A stretch of 63,098 nucleotides of DNA, filler included. It is 3 parts of 3 records of this genome, joined end to end, with 100 filler letters (N's around TTAATTAATTAA, not from the genome) between each part and the next. Parts side by side here need not be neighbours in the genome. Positions count along the whole stretch, not along the records: positions 1 to 26,344 come from SRR31156797_11380; 2 more parts are not named here. One strand, 5' to 3'. A program made the position numbers and the translations under genes. This document shows, in pieces, positions 12,101-19,571 of this stretch. A model generated the notes under the pieces. That model searched no databases. It saw nothing but the letters and a program-made list of their open reading frames with translations, and had not been told where the DNA came from. Positions within the stretch are counted from its first letter, which is position 1; each line of letters begins with the position of its first letter.

Positions 12101-12396
12101 CCACCACAACAACAACCACGACCAACGCCCCAACCACAACCACGCCTACCACCACCCTTTCCAGTACGACCACAACGCTTATGGACATATGTCCGGATTG
12201 CTCAAACGGTTCGGTCACAAAGGTTACATTTCCAAAAGGCGTCGAATGCCGATGCAAAAATGATAAAACCCTGACCATCGGTCCGGACGTAATAATACCC
12301 AAAGGGGCCAAAGTCGTCTTTGAGGCTCCCTGTGTAAAAATGATGAGCGTTATCCAAGCGGAAGAAGGTTCAACGGTTCACATACGGCAAAAATAG
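3133..12396 (+). CDS. Giant secreted multidomain protein: LamG, FN3, right-handed beta-helix, Ca-binding DxDxDG repeats, 2x DUF1566, Ig-like repeats, C13/caspase-fold peptidase, carboxypeptidase-regulatory-like domain, Thr-rich linker, Cys-containing C-terminal domain
   Basis: ORF 3058..12396; likely start ATG 3133 with signal peptide ending SHA|DL; motifs GLIAHYPLNGN/GRIDDVRIYNRALS, DSDGDGLTD, DNVTGLIWE/DWRLPT, LLNHG...GFCHSGSF, QHPLLDDNGDG. Confidence 0.85.
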   Translation: MHKTGVPYLKRRLIQNVFAAVVSVSVFFTVVPGSHADLSSGLIAHYPLNGNTIDETSNYPATAYNVEWQSGKLGEAAYFGGDRETVQYIDCGNIPLPPRFTVSAWVQSNGFNINGDSMTIMEKRNFPSGMEILHFGIELNRKIKWEQGFGSSGVDFYSDVEFPFDEDWHLVGITYDQQFQTIYLDGVEVAQQVQSAPVPSYDSHLYLGIEVDNHFPQRIWNGRIDDVRIYNRALSLAEIQGLYSGLSPSGPTVTTAVVSSITSNSASSGGSVTSDGGAAVEARGVCWSTSPNPTIENNKTMDGSGTGAFTSDINGLSPSTQYYVRGYATNRAGTGYGDQISFFTAPDIPANVRGIPGNRSVTLMWDADTESNLAGYNVYRSQALNGVYMKLNTSPMGGLYYDDPGLSNFLDYFYKVTAMDTNGNESGQSDPVKVVPSSPGPTNISGIISQNTTWTLAGNPYMVTENIMVNEEVTLTIEPGVTVKFGNNKGLQVNGQLIARATGEEQILMTSNLASPSAGDWNYIFFTDSAIDATFDIDGNYVNGSIIQYCIIEYGGGIDGALKCQDSSPFITNSIIRHSAADGLYLAGDSNTFSAVIHSNRICNNGNDAIHLYGWGCNGTILINDNQLENNGGWGFNGSDCSYVSLDITSNKISQNSGGLTMWALTKNTISGNCITGNQGKAINAHGSGEFFVKNNIISENMTGVNFGWSGNWVFENNIVSDNLSEGVRLTDSDGTYNIIMNHIIRNISNSTTGLYDKTDDSNGNIDYNTFNGNISNEKDSSTISMVSPFSFNNNNIFQNISSFDLYNDRNAGSPKLNAENNYWGTSSEVDVAEKIYDWLDDASKGFVDHTPFLTSPDTTAPISPPADLSVIISPTSMTLNWKPNPESDVSGYRVYYDTDQSGFPYANGVDIGNTTGYTIDGLVQGVTYHVAVTAYDSDYDPADDDSDTIVNENQTNGNESWYSNEKTVEPTNPPDIPSLPAPDNGASHVSIVTGLSWTGGDPDAGDTVTYDIYFSMSNPPALVSTGQSSTAYDPGSLLNCTTYYWKIVATDNHGAQTQGPIWRFSTDGDSDSDGMLDSWEFDRFGDLSHDGTVDSDGDGLTDREEYENLTDPSDSDSDDDGMPDGWEVEHTLNPNENDAGEDPDRDKFTNGREYQDRTDPQDGSSHLIFPVVTGRLPDTGQKKCYNNSEEIPCPEPGNDFYGQDAGYTINPPSYIKMDAQGNYLPDNTTEWAMVRDNVTGLIWEVKTDDGSVHDKDKQYTWYDSNPATNGGNAGTPGDGTDTEDFLNTLNAESFGGYSDWRLPTIKELASMANLGTFDPAVNNDYFPNTVSSTDSHYWSFSTNASNSAKAWYFLFYYGYDYRNYYDKSHSYYVRAVRGGQVGLSDTLTDNGDGTVTDKSTGLMWQQSGTESMNWETALSYCDELTLAGYSDWRLPNCSELRSIVDYTVFNPSINTQYFPDMLSLNYWASSNYAISDSMAWGVDLGLGYSNLSTKTYSYYVIAVRGGQLQFPDHLLILNPVQASNWKKGDAMSIEWDTRSISGNVSISISRQGGKTGTFETIVESTENNGSYEWIVTGPISANCALKIEPLNDSSKSTIQSLFTIASTIPPSATISGVPTSPTNQTCATFTIGGNAITSYKYKLDDDDYGDETLIALQITLADLAEGTHTVYVLGKDAVGYWQTDPTTALWTVDTIKPGTPVVTGPAQTGNGKPTWTWISGGNGNGTFRHKLDDADLTSGAFETTKTEYTPVDALSEGSHTLYVQERDQALNWSDSGSFTIQVDLQAPNPPADLTLAPEDDSGISDSDCVTRNTTGLTITGSGEVGATVELFDNGEAIPGAWATASAGAFAIDILLEAGEHSITATQKDPGGNVSGPSAPLLVTVDTQKPSAPTGLTLSSADDSGTSNSDSITRNTSGLTITGHGEEDSIVKVYDNGGEISGAETAVSNGFFSIDISLSSGNHNITARQGDVAGNISDSGTGLSILVDPTPPMTAANPEGKAYGSAQQVVLTCNDGTGSGCDGTYYTLNGDEPDTADPEYHGPIPVGTATTVKFFSRDVAGNSEAFKTETYTIDTVGPEITITSPQDGSRKIPVLEITGRAMDDLTDVTQVSLLLDTEIGGSTYYMKMDGGLTSIPVWHGATGTDPWQLNTEQVGWSEEKTYTITVRAIDGADNPSENSFSFTYGNPKETSTITCLLSGESITLGEPLTVTGQISPRPDPGETVLVILSPASGGPSDDGSTITKIDGSFEYAVPCGLLYKADTWEVRTSWGGDHKLEPASSDTKTLTVEKARSRVTLDVSSHAVKLGETFDIAGKFTPIPHCGSGLFDIPLTVIVSGPELREAKVINISTIDQYGHFLVRDYDGLNGLGQWTIQVNFAGNDAYEPAGSDSLKVSVLETAGYAVIVEGKVSSEEGLASHNKTANFVYEKMKNRGLLHEDIQYFNYNVNQEGVSGVPSKAAIGNAIQNWAKEKMNAKAANLYIILLNHGLDERFFIYPDTITATDLAGWLNTLQAGLWGQAAEQEIIVMLGFCHSGSFMEDLSGNNRVIIASAAEDEVSFKGPLDEDGIREGEYFVAAFFREVSFGKSIKECFENATKLTETFTQWGHKKDVTAPYFDLSPQHPLLDDNGDGMGSNDLSLSGADGALSENLFIGVSGITGNDPGDVMVDRVTETKFLAAEGDSALLWATVDDHSRLRSIWVEVKPPGYEPAGGGSGQVEMDLLKKAGALNGDRYEWNMGGFSKAGAYQLFYFAKDDHTGHVSPLKESRVYKAKDGNRPPAPFSLIAPDNGATVRDTFILVWEETMDPDGDALTYTVLVSKDDSAFADPIRKEGLLWGGCFMSPSDGIEDLSHYYWKVLAVDSYGAVRESNTRELYTNNTNLIPGWLTGNVYDTDTGEPMENVDIVLSGAGNCIISTRSGGNYLSQLYPGNYTLTIHADGYNPMSRSIYIPEGQTVTLNIGLTATATTTTTTSTTTTTSTTTTTSSTTTTTTTTTTTTTTNAPTTTTPTTTLSSTTTTLMDICPDCSNGSVTKVTFPKGVECRCKNDKTLTIGPDVIIPKGAKVVFEAPCVKMMSVIQAEEGSTVHIRQK
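12010..12177 (+). repeat. ACN-codon low-complexity tract encoding a poly-Thr linker
   Basis: (ACA/ACC/ACG)n runs in frame in the giant ORF. Confidence 0.9.
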
Positions 12397-12482
12397 GCGG
12401 TACGGTGGAACCGTGGAAAATCTTTTCAAGAAATATTATTGGAAACTTTAACAGGTAAAATGCAAAACCGGATCGGGCTATC

Positions 12483-13847
12483 ATGAATCAATCAATCTGG
12501 AGACCCAATGAAAAAGTCCTTTTTTTATTCTTCTTTCTATTTTTTTACCCCGGCGCTTTTTTTCCCCCGGGTTCTGAAGCCATGGCGGGATCGCCCCTTC
12601 AGAGGATTGAAGTCCCGTCGTCGCCCAATCCCGTGGGTTCCGGGGCCCGGGCCCTGGGGATGGGAGGGGCCTTTATCGCCGTTGCGGATGACGCCACGGC
12701 GGCCTCCTGGAACCCCGGAGGTCTCATCCAATTGGAGACCCCGGAGGTTTCCATGGTGGGTGCCTATTTCCATCGAAGCGAAGAGAATACTTTCGGCACC
12801 GATCCGGAGGCCTCCGGTGAACAGTCCGTCCACGCCGCGAGGCTCAACTATCTCAGCGCAACCTACCCTTTCACCCTTTTTGATCGCAACATGGTGGTTT
12901 CCGTCAATTACCAGAACCTCTACGATTTCAGCCGGGAATGGCGGTTTCAATTGAACCGGTCTTCCCAAACGATTTCCAAAAACGAGCATATTGATTATCA
13001 GCAACACGGGACCCTCTCCGCCTATGGGCTGGCCTACGCCGTACAGGTGATTCCGGAGCTTTCTTTCGGTTTTACCCTGAATATGTGGAAAAACGGGATT
13101 TATCCGAACCGGTGGGTGCAGAATGTCCAGACCCGGGGTTCCGGGACCTTCCACGGCGACCCCTTTGTCAACGGGTATGAGAGCAGGGATCAATATACCT
13201 TCAGCGGTTTTAACGCCAACCTGGGCGTTTTGTGGAACGTAAACGGCAAACTGACGGTTGGCGTAGTTTACAAAACCCCTTTTACCGCTGATCTCAGGCG
13301 GAGCATGAAGTTCAGCTCATACCTGGATTTTCCGGATACGCCCCACATCGATAACAAGGTCAGCGGCAGCTACAATGACGACGGCAGGCTGGATATGCCC
13401 ATGAGCTACGGGATAGGGGCGGCTTACCGGTTTTCCGATGCATTTACCCTGGCGCTGGATATCTACCGTACCCAATGGGGGGACTACATCCACGAGGATT
13501 CCAAGGGCCGTAAAACTTGTCCCATTACCGGGCTGCCGGCCAGTGAATCGGATGTGGAGGCCACCCACCAGGTCCGGGTCGGCGGGGAATATCTGTTTAT
13601 CAGGGAAGACTATGTAATTCCCCTGCGAGGGGGTGTTTTTTACGATCCCTCTCCGGCCCAGGGAAGCCCGGACGACTATTTCGGATTCAGCGTGGGTTCC
13701 GGGATTGCCTACGGCCGGTATGTCTTTGACCTGGCCTATCAGTACCGGTTCGGCAATAATGTGGGGGATTCCATCCTGACGGATTTTGATTTCTCCCAGG
13801 ATGTGCATGAGCATACGGTTTATGCCTCGGTTATCGTTCACTTTTGA
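12483..13847 (+). CDS. FadL/TodX/PorV-like outer-membrane beta-barrel
   Basis: Signal peptide; GSGARALGMGGAFIAVADDATAASWNPGGL hatch motif; C-terminal Phe. Confidence 0.85.
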   Translation: MNQSIWRPNEKVLFLFFFLFFYPGAFFPPGSEAMAGSPLQRIEVPSSPNPVGSGARALGMGGAFIAVADDATAASWNPGGLIQLETPEVSMVGAYFHRSEENTFGTDPEASGEQSVHAARLNYLSATYPFTLFDRNMVVSVNYQNLYDFSREWRFQLNRSSQTISKNEHIDYQQHGTLSAYGLAYAVQVIPELSFGFTLNMWKNGIYPNRWVQNVQTRGSGTFHGDPFVNGYESRDQYTFSGFNANLGVLWNVNGKLTVGVVYKTPFTADLRRSMKFSSYLDFPDTPHIDNKVSGSYNDDGRLDMPMSYGIGAAYRFSDAFTLALDIYRTQWGDYIHEDSKGRKTCPITGLPASESDVEATHQVRVGGEYLFIREDYVIPLRGGVFYDPSPAQGSPDDYFGFSVGSGIAYGRYVFDLAYQYRFGNNVGDSILTDFDFSQDVHEHTVYASVIVHF

Positions 13848-14047
13848 TGGAGAAAGGGAGTGTCCGTTTTATTTAGAGCCGACAATATCTCCTCTTCAAT
13901 ATCCTCTCCGTTCACCTTGATTTTTTGCTGCATGATTTCTAAGCTGATTTCCGTTATCAACACATCTGGATTCAGTTTCGGCGCCAATCGGACCGCCGAT
14001 TCACCTGAATCCGCTACCCCTACCACGTGGTATGACATGTGCCGCAA
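13838..14047 (-). pseudogene. Receiver (REC) domain remnant
   Basis: YHVVGVADSGESAVRLAPKLNPDVLITEISL resembles REC beta2-beta3 but lacks the phospho-Asp and the rest of the domain. Confidence 0.5.
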
Positions 14048-14265
14048 ACCTTAAAACGCAAAGTATGAGATAGGGCGTTTTAATTAATGTGCCGTTTTAT
14101 TGCTGAACTGATCGTAAAAAATTACATTATCAACAAAATCAAAAAGTTGATTGACTTGGAACAACATTCTGGGTAGATTTGAGGCCCTTGAAAAATGCCC
14201 TTCCGATATTTATTCCTGAAAATTGTAGGAAGACGGCTGCAGGGTTGATCAGTAATAAGGGCGCT

Positions 14266-14898
14266 ATGAATTTTACAGGTGAAAAGGATGTCCTGGTACA
14301 ATGCATCCGGGGAAACGGGCTGGCCCAGGAGGCGTTTGTCAAAATGTTTTCGGATCTGGTATACAGATCGGTCCAGCATGCGCTGAAGGTGAACCATGTC
14401 CCTTATAATGAAAAAGATTTGGAGGATCTGCACAACACGGTTTTCCTTAAGCTTTTCGAAAAAGGATGCTGGAAACTGAAACAGTATAAAGGTACCAATG
14501 GATGCAGCCTGAAGTCGTGGATTCGGCTTATAACGGTCCGTCTGGTGATCGATTCCCTTCGTAAATCCAATACCGATGCATTGACCAAGGAAGGGCGCTC
14601 CCTGCCCCTTGAGGCCATCGCTCAAATGAAAGAAGAGGGGCCGGAAATCTGGCGCTTGATTGAAAAAAAGGAGCAGATTCAAGTGATAACGGAAGGGCTT
14701 GAGAAGATGTTGCCAAGAGACAAACTTTTTTTAAAGCTCCATTTTTTTAAGGGCCTCTCAGTACCGAAAGCAGCCGCTGTTATGGGGATCCCGGAGACCA
14801 ATGCCCATTCATTAAAACATCGCGCCGTCAAAAGATTAAAAAAGGAAGTCGTCCAAAATTCAAGAAAGGATCTTGTAAAGGATAAAGGTGCAAGATAA
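14266..14898 (+). CDS. ECF-type RNA polymerase sigma factor
   Basis: Region 2 DLEDLHNTVFLKL...SLKSWIRLITVRLVIDSLRK; region 4 LPRDKLFLKLHFFKGLSVPKAAAVMGIPETNAHSLKHRAVKRLK; ATG 14266 chosen over TTG 14179. Confidence 0.9.
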   Translation: MNFTGEKDVLVQCIRGNGLAQEAFVKMFSDLVYRSVQHALKVNHVPYNEKDLEDLHNTVFLKLFEKGCWKLKQYKGTNGCSLKSWIRLITVRLVIDSLRKSNTDALTKEGRSLPLEAIAQMKEEGPEIWRLIEKKEQIQVITEGLEKMLPRDKLFLKLHFFKGLSVPKAAAVMGIPETNAHSLKHRAVKRLKKEVVQNSRKDLVKDKGAR

Positions 14899-14988
14899 GT
14901 TTCGCTTTTTCGTCTATAATAATGAAACGCGGCATAAATGGAATAAAATGGTAATTGAGAAAAATTTTTGCTCAACCGGAGTCACGTT

Positions 14989-15624
14989 ATGAAAACAGAA
15001 TGTATCAAGGAAGAAATTTTCATGGATTACATGGAAAATCGTCTTCCTTTAAAGCGGCGTGATGCGGTCGAGAAACACATTGCCGAATGCGACGATTGTC
15101 TCAGTGTCCTGTCCGTGATGGCCGAGGACCATGAAATTTCGGCTCTGGAACCGGTGCCGGGGCACGTGACCCGGCAGGCTGTCAGGAAAGTGAAGGATCT
15201 GGCGAAAAAGTCTATCCGGGGAAAGTTGTCCGGATATGTGCGTCATTTTGCCGACACTTGTTCCGATGCATTAACAGGAACCCGGACATTCAAAACGCCG
15301 GCGCCTGTAGCTGTTCGGAGCAGGCGGAAGAAGGTAAACGATGATGTGGTCCACTTGAGGCATACTGTTCTGGATTTAAAGGCTGAAGTTGAAATTGAAA
15401 AAAAGAATGAGACTGAAGCGTCCGTCCGGGTAAATTTGACCGGCAAAGTCGGACCGGCAAACCATGTAAGAATATCACTCATTCTTAAAGGCCGTGAAAT
15501 CGCCTCCTATCTGGATTATGATGCTCTGTTTGAAGATGTTCCTCCTGGCCAGTATGTTCTTAGGTTTACTGTTTTTAGAGAGAAAAAAAACAAGATAGTA
15601 GAGTTTCCTATCCAAGTCTCCTAA
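14989..15624 (+). CDS. zf-HC2 (ZAS) anti-sigma factor, soluble, with C-terminal beta-sandwich
   Basis: HIAECDDC (HxxxCxxC) directly downstream of the ECF sigma; no hydrophobic TM segment. Confidence 0.8.
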   Translation: MKTECIKEEIFMDYMENRLPLKRRDAVEKHIAECDDCLSVLSVMAEDHEISALEPVPGHVTRQAVRKVKDLAKKSIRGKLSGYVRHFADTCSDALTGTRTFKTPAPVAVRSRRKKVNDDVVHLRHTVLDLKAEVEIEKKNETEASVRVNLTGKVGPANHVRISLILKGREIASYLDYDALFEDVPPGQYVLRFTVFREKKNKIVEFPIQVS

Positions 15625-16052
15625 TCCCAATCCGCCTGGGATCGACCGACTTTTTTCCTCAGGGTTTTGATTCTTCCCCTGTTGATTTTGCTTTGCAGGC
15701 GTCTTTCCCTGGCATTTCGGGTGGGGCGTGTGGGTTTACGCTTTTTGGGTGTGGAAAGGATGCCGCGAACCAGATCCCGCAGTCGTATCAGGGCCTCTGC
15801 CCTGTTTTTCCCCTGAGTGCGGTGTTGCTGCGCCTTGATGATGATGACCCCGTCTCCCGTGATACGATGATCTTTCAGTTTCATAAGACGTTCTTTGACG
15901 AAATCGGGAAGGGACGAGGTGTTGATGTTGAAGCGCAGGTGTACGGCGGTGGAAACCTTGTTGACATTCTGTCCCCCCGCGCCCTGGGCCCGAATGGCAT
16001 GGAATTCGATTTCACCCAAGGGAATGGAAATGTTTTCTGAGATTTGAAGCAT
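15621..16052 (-). CDS. arfB: Alternative ribosome rescue peptidyl-tRNA hydrolase ArfB (YaeJ)
   Basis: RAQGAGGQNVNKVSTAVHLRF with GGQ; basic C-tail PKKRKPTRPT. Confidence 0.95.
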   Translation of the reverse strand: MLQISENISIPLGEIEFHAIRAQGAGGQNVNKVSTAVHLRFNINTSSLPDFVKERLMKLKDHRITGDGVIIIKAQQHRTQGKNRAEALIRLRDLVRGILSTPKKRKPTRPTRNARERRLQSKINRGRIKTLRKKVGRSQADWD

Positions 16053-16313
16053 ACCTGATGGTTCCTGTCCCATATGAAATGCAACCGTTTGTTGACCGTT
16101 GCTCGTTCACGGTTATCCGGAATTCTAACAAATGAAATAAATTTCGTAAATCTTTAAGCGCCGGACCAACTTTCCTGAAAATGAAGCCTGAGTGCACACA
16201 TGTTGTGGTCATTTTATACTTGCCCCACAACGGGAATTTCTCTATGATCCTGAGACCCTCCGACCTTTTGCAAATCAAACATTTCAGGTTCACGCTCTGA
16301 GGAGCTTTTATAA

Positions 16314-17825
16314 TTGTCCACATTCGACTTCAAACACAGTATCAAAGATTCCCTGACTAACTTTAGTTTATTAAGCGCTTCAAAAGTTCTGGTTCAGCTT
16401 CTTCACCTGGCCATTCTCGCTTTGATAGCGAGGCAACTCGGGACCGAATCCTTTGGAAAGTTGAATGTTTTTTTAATGGTGGCCCAATTCATTTTTCTCA
16501 TCACGGTAAAATGGACCGCCACAGGGTTTACCCGGTTTTCAATAACCCACATGATTGAAAACAGACCCATCAGCCATATTTTTTGGGCACGCAATCTGAT
16601 TGCCGGCGTTTTACTGATTGTGATTATTTTCGGGGTGATTTTTCAAAAAGGTGCCATCTCAAATTATATCGGCCTGCCGCGGTCCTGCCTGATACTTCTT
16701 TTTTGCTACTATATGGGACTCTTATTGACCGATTACTCACGACAAATTTCAGAAATCACGACCTCTTTTAAAGCACTGTCCGCTGTTCAGGTAATTGAGA
16801 AGGTAGTGCTCTTTCTATTGTTGTACAAATTCGGGACCCACGTTTTTTCAATCATTTATATCACCATCATCGCGGTCGTCGGCTCTCGCATCTGGCTGCT
16901 GGTGCCCGTCAGGCGAAAGCTGTTGTACCCTTTAAAAACCAGCACCCGGGAATGTACCGCCCTGTTGCGTTTCTCCTTACCCCTGCTGCTTGTTTCCATC
17001 GGAGGATTTATATTTGGATGGGTTGATATTGCCGTTATCAAATATTTCATGGAAATGGAAAAGGTCGGTTTATACTCTCTTGCCTATAACGGCCTAAATG
17101 CCGTCGAATCCGTGGCCCTGTTGATGGCGACCGTATTAACACCCATATTTATCTCTTTGATAGCCAATGAAAAAAAAGAATATGTCATGGCTTTCGGGCG
17201 ACGGATATTACCCCAAATTCAATTTATCTGGGGGCTTGCTTTTATCGCCCTGGGATGGATTTCAACCTGGATGATTCCATGGGTCTTTGGGCGGGATTTT
17301 GCGCCGTCATCCCCCGTATTCATTATCCTATTAATCAGCCTTAATTTTACCGTTTTTAATACAATTGCCCAATCCATTTTCATCGGATTAAGCAAAGTGG
17401 GAACCGTGGCCAAAATAAGTGCCAGTGCATCATTGATAAATCTAATCCTGGATTGTATCTTTGTTCCGCTTTTCGGGATCATGGGCGCTGCCCTGGCAAC
17501 ACTCATTTCATGCTTATGGATCAGTCTCTGGTATTATAAAACCTTACATAAAATCATGCCGCTGGAAATATCGGCACCGGTTCTAATGGTAACCGTGATC
17601 GCCATGCAGGCCCTTGGACTTGTATGGACCGGCAGGACGGGAACAAGTGCGGCAATATCCGCCGTTGCAATGATTGCCTGTGTTCTTATCAGTAAGAAGA
17701 TGTCCCTGTTTCAAGTGTCCGATAAGATAATATATGAAAAGCTGACATTGCCGGGAGCTGCGGGAGGTGTTTTGTGTTGGCTCTGTGATTTTTATGAACG
17801 GCCCGTACCAAATAAAAAGATATGA
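16314..17825 (+). CDS. Wzx-type oligosaccharide flippase (MOP superfamily)
   Basis: Many TM segments; IARQLGTESFG, VGLYSLAY, FVPLFGIMGAALAT. Confidence 0.85.
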   Translation: MSTFDFKHSIKDSLTNFSLLSASKVLVQLLHLAILALIARQLGTESFGKLNVFLMVAQFIFLITVKWTATGFTRFSITHMIENRPISHIFWARNLIAGVLLIVIIFGVIFQKGAISNYIGLPRSCLILLFCYYMGLLLTDYSRQISEITTSFKALSAVQVIEKVVLFLLLYKFGTHVFSIIYITIIAVVGSRIWLLVPVRRKLLYPLKTSTRECTALLRFSLPLLLVSIGGFIFGWVDIAVIKYFMEMEKVGLYSLAYNGLNAVESVALLMATVLTPIFISLIANEKKEYVMAFGRRILPQIQFIWGLAFIALGWISTWMIPWVFGRDFAPSSPVFIILLISLNFTVFNTIAQSIFIGLSKVGTVAKISASASLINLILDCIFVPLFGIMGAALATLISCLWISLWYYKTLHKIMPLEISAPVLMVTVIAMQALGLVWTGRTGTSAAISAVAMIACVLISKKMSLFQVSDKIIYEKLTLPGAAGGVLCWLCDFYERPVPNKKI

Positions 17826-19468
17826 ACTCAACGATGATATATTTAATAATATTGGTTTTAATATCTCTGTTCACGCGATCTCTACCTCGCTTCATCTGCC
17901 CTGGGGCACGGGGAAAAGATGCCTATTATCACCTCCTGGCGGCCAAGAGGATCAGGAACAATGGCATGCGGATACCCACGACCTTAAAAGAATTCATACT
18001 GCCCGGGATCTATGATTATCCGCCTTTGCTTCACTATCTGTGGGCCATGTTTCCCTTGGGACGTCATTTAACGGTGGAACGGTGGTCAAGTGCTTTTATC
18101 GATGCCTTACATGCCGTGGCCGTCTATTTTTTTGCTGACTACTTTTTCAGTTTGATGCCGTCTTCACAGGATCAATCATTTATGGCATTCAACAGCGCTC
18201 TTATTTTTATACTCTCCCCCGCACTGCTAACCATCGGTACGGGACCGCGTGCTTATCAGGGTACACCGCGAACATTGGGAGAATTGCTATTTTCGCTAAC
18301 ATTTTGCTTTTCGCTAGCCGGTTACTTAAACGGCATGATCATCCCTTTTTTTTTAGCGGTAATTTTCGGAGCATTCTTGTGCCTGACCAGCAAATTTGCA
18401 GTACAAGCAATGGTTTTCTTTTATTTTATGTTTGCATCGGTTACGTTGCATATCTACTGGATTGTTCTACCGGTCAGCATATTCATGGCGGCACTGATCA
18501 TTTCGAAAGGCCATTACGCAAAGGTAGCGGTCGGTCATATTGGGCACAGTCGATATTATCTGAATGCCATCAGCAAACGCTTCTATCTGTTGACCCAACG
18601 GAACAGTTGGAATGAACTCAGGCAAACGGTTCGTACCATCTTCAAAAATCCCTTGAAGGCCGCCAAAAGTTTATTTTTTTATCACTCCTGGACCCACTTG
18701 TTGGTCAACCATCCACTGTTATTTGCAATCATATATATCTCCATAACGAACCCTCCCGCGGTCGGTCACCGTATCGCTTTTTTTCTATTGCTGTGGATAG
18801 GGGCCGGGCTGGTTGCTTTTATACTCACTTCAATGAAACCCTTCCTCTTTCTGGGGGAAGCCGAACGTTATCTGGAATATGCATTGCTGCCGCAGGTATT
18901 GTTCTTTGGAATTTCACATAATTTGAATTCAACCCCCTATTTTTTATTGGGCTATTTCGTCGCGCTGTACCTGTTTTTCAGTGTCGGTTTTATCTATGGT
19001 TACCGCAAGAACGAAAAGATGCTGCCGAAGTTCAGGGAGTTGGTCAATTTTGTATGTGAAAATGATACAATACACAGGATATTGCCCATATACCTGAACG
19101 ATGCCGTCCAGCTTGCTTTTGAATCAGAAAAAGGGATCGCCCATTTTCCGGCGAATTTCAGGAAAAAATTCATGCCGTACGAGAAGTTCTTTGATTTCTA
19201 CCCAAAAATTTATCCCTTTCCAAATGAGAATTTGAAGCAGTTGATGATGGAATATGATCTCGACACACTCTATTACTCATCAAGCGATCTGGAAAAAGCC
19301 GTATCCTTTGGGCTGAATTACAATTTTAATTCATTTAAAATCATCTTTTCCAATGAACAATATAATGTTTTGCAAATTAAAACAGAGATTGAAACCGATC
19401 ATAAAATGGGAGCCCACTCGAAAAGCCGGCAAATGGACAGCAGACGCCTATCCGGGACAGGGGATTAG
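17822..19468 (+). CDS. Polytopic membrane protein, possibly GT-C-fold glycosyltransferase
   Basis: Coupled to flippase (ATGA overlap); DAYYHL and DYPPLLHYL near the N-terminus, many TMs, GEAERYLEY. Confidence 0.55.
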   Translation: MNSTMIYLIILVLISLFTRSLPRFICPGARGKDAYYHLLAAKRIRNNGMRIPTTLKEFILPGIYDYPPLLHYLWAMFPLGRHLTVERWSSAFIDALHAVAVYFFADYFFSLMPSSQDQSFMAFNSALIFILSPALLTIGTGPRAYQGTPRTLGELLFSLTFCFSLAGYLNGMIIPFFLAVIFGAFLCLTSKFAVQAMVFFYFMFASVTLHIYWIVLPVSIFMAALIISKGHYAKVAVGHIGHSRYYLNAISKRFYLLTQRNSWNELRQTVRTIFKNPLKAAKSLFFYHSWTHLLVNHPLLFAIIYISITNPPAVGHRIAFFLLLWIGAGLVAFILTSMKPFLFLGEAERYLEYALLPQVLFFGISHNLNSTPYFLLGYFVALYLFFSVGFIYGYRKNEKMLPKFRELVNFVCENDTIHRILPIYLNDAVQLAFESEKGIAHFPANFRKKFMPYEKFFDFYPKIYPFPNENLKQLMMEYDLDTLYYSSSDLEKAVSFGLNYNFNSFKIIFSNEQYNVLQIKTEIETDHKMGAHSKSRQMDSRRLSGTGD

Positions 19469-19571
19469 AGACGGGTCTCTTCCGAATATATCTTAAAAAA
19501 ACGCTTTTCCGAATCATCCGTGCCAGCTCTGGTGCTTTCCGTATATCTTCGCAGATAATGACATATTCATA

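Noticed and set aside
11982-12311. Poly-Val ORF and His/Asn-rich ORF 11631..12263
   Set aside because: Alternative-frame readings of the poly-Thr linker.
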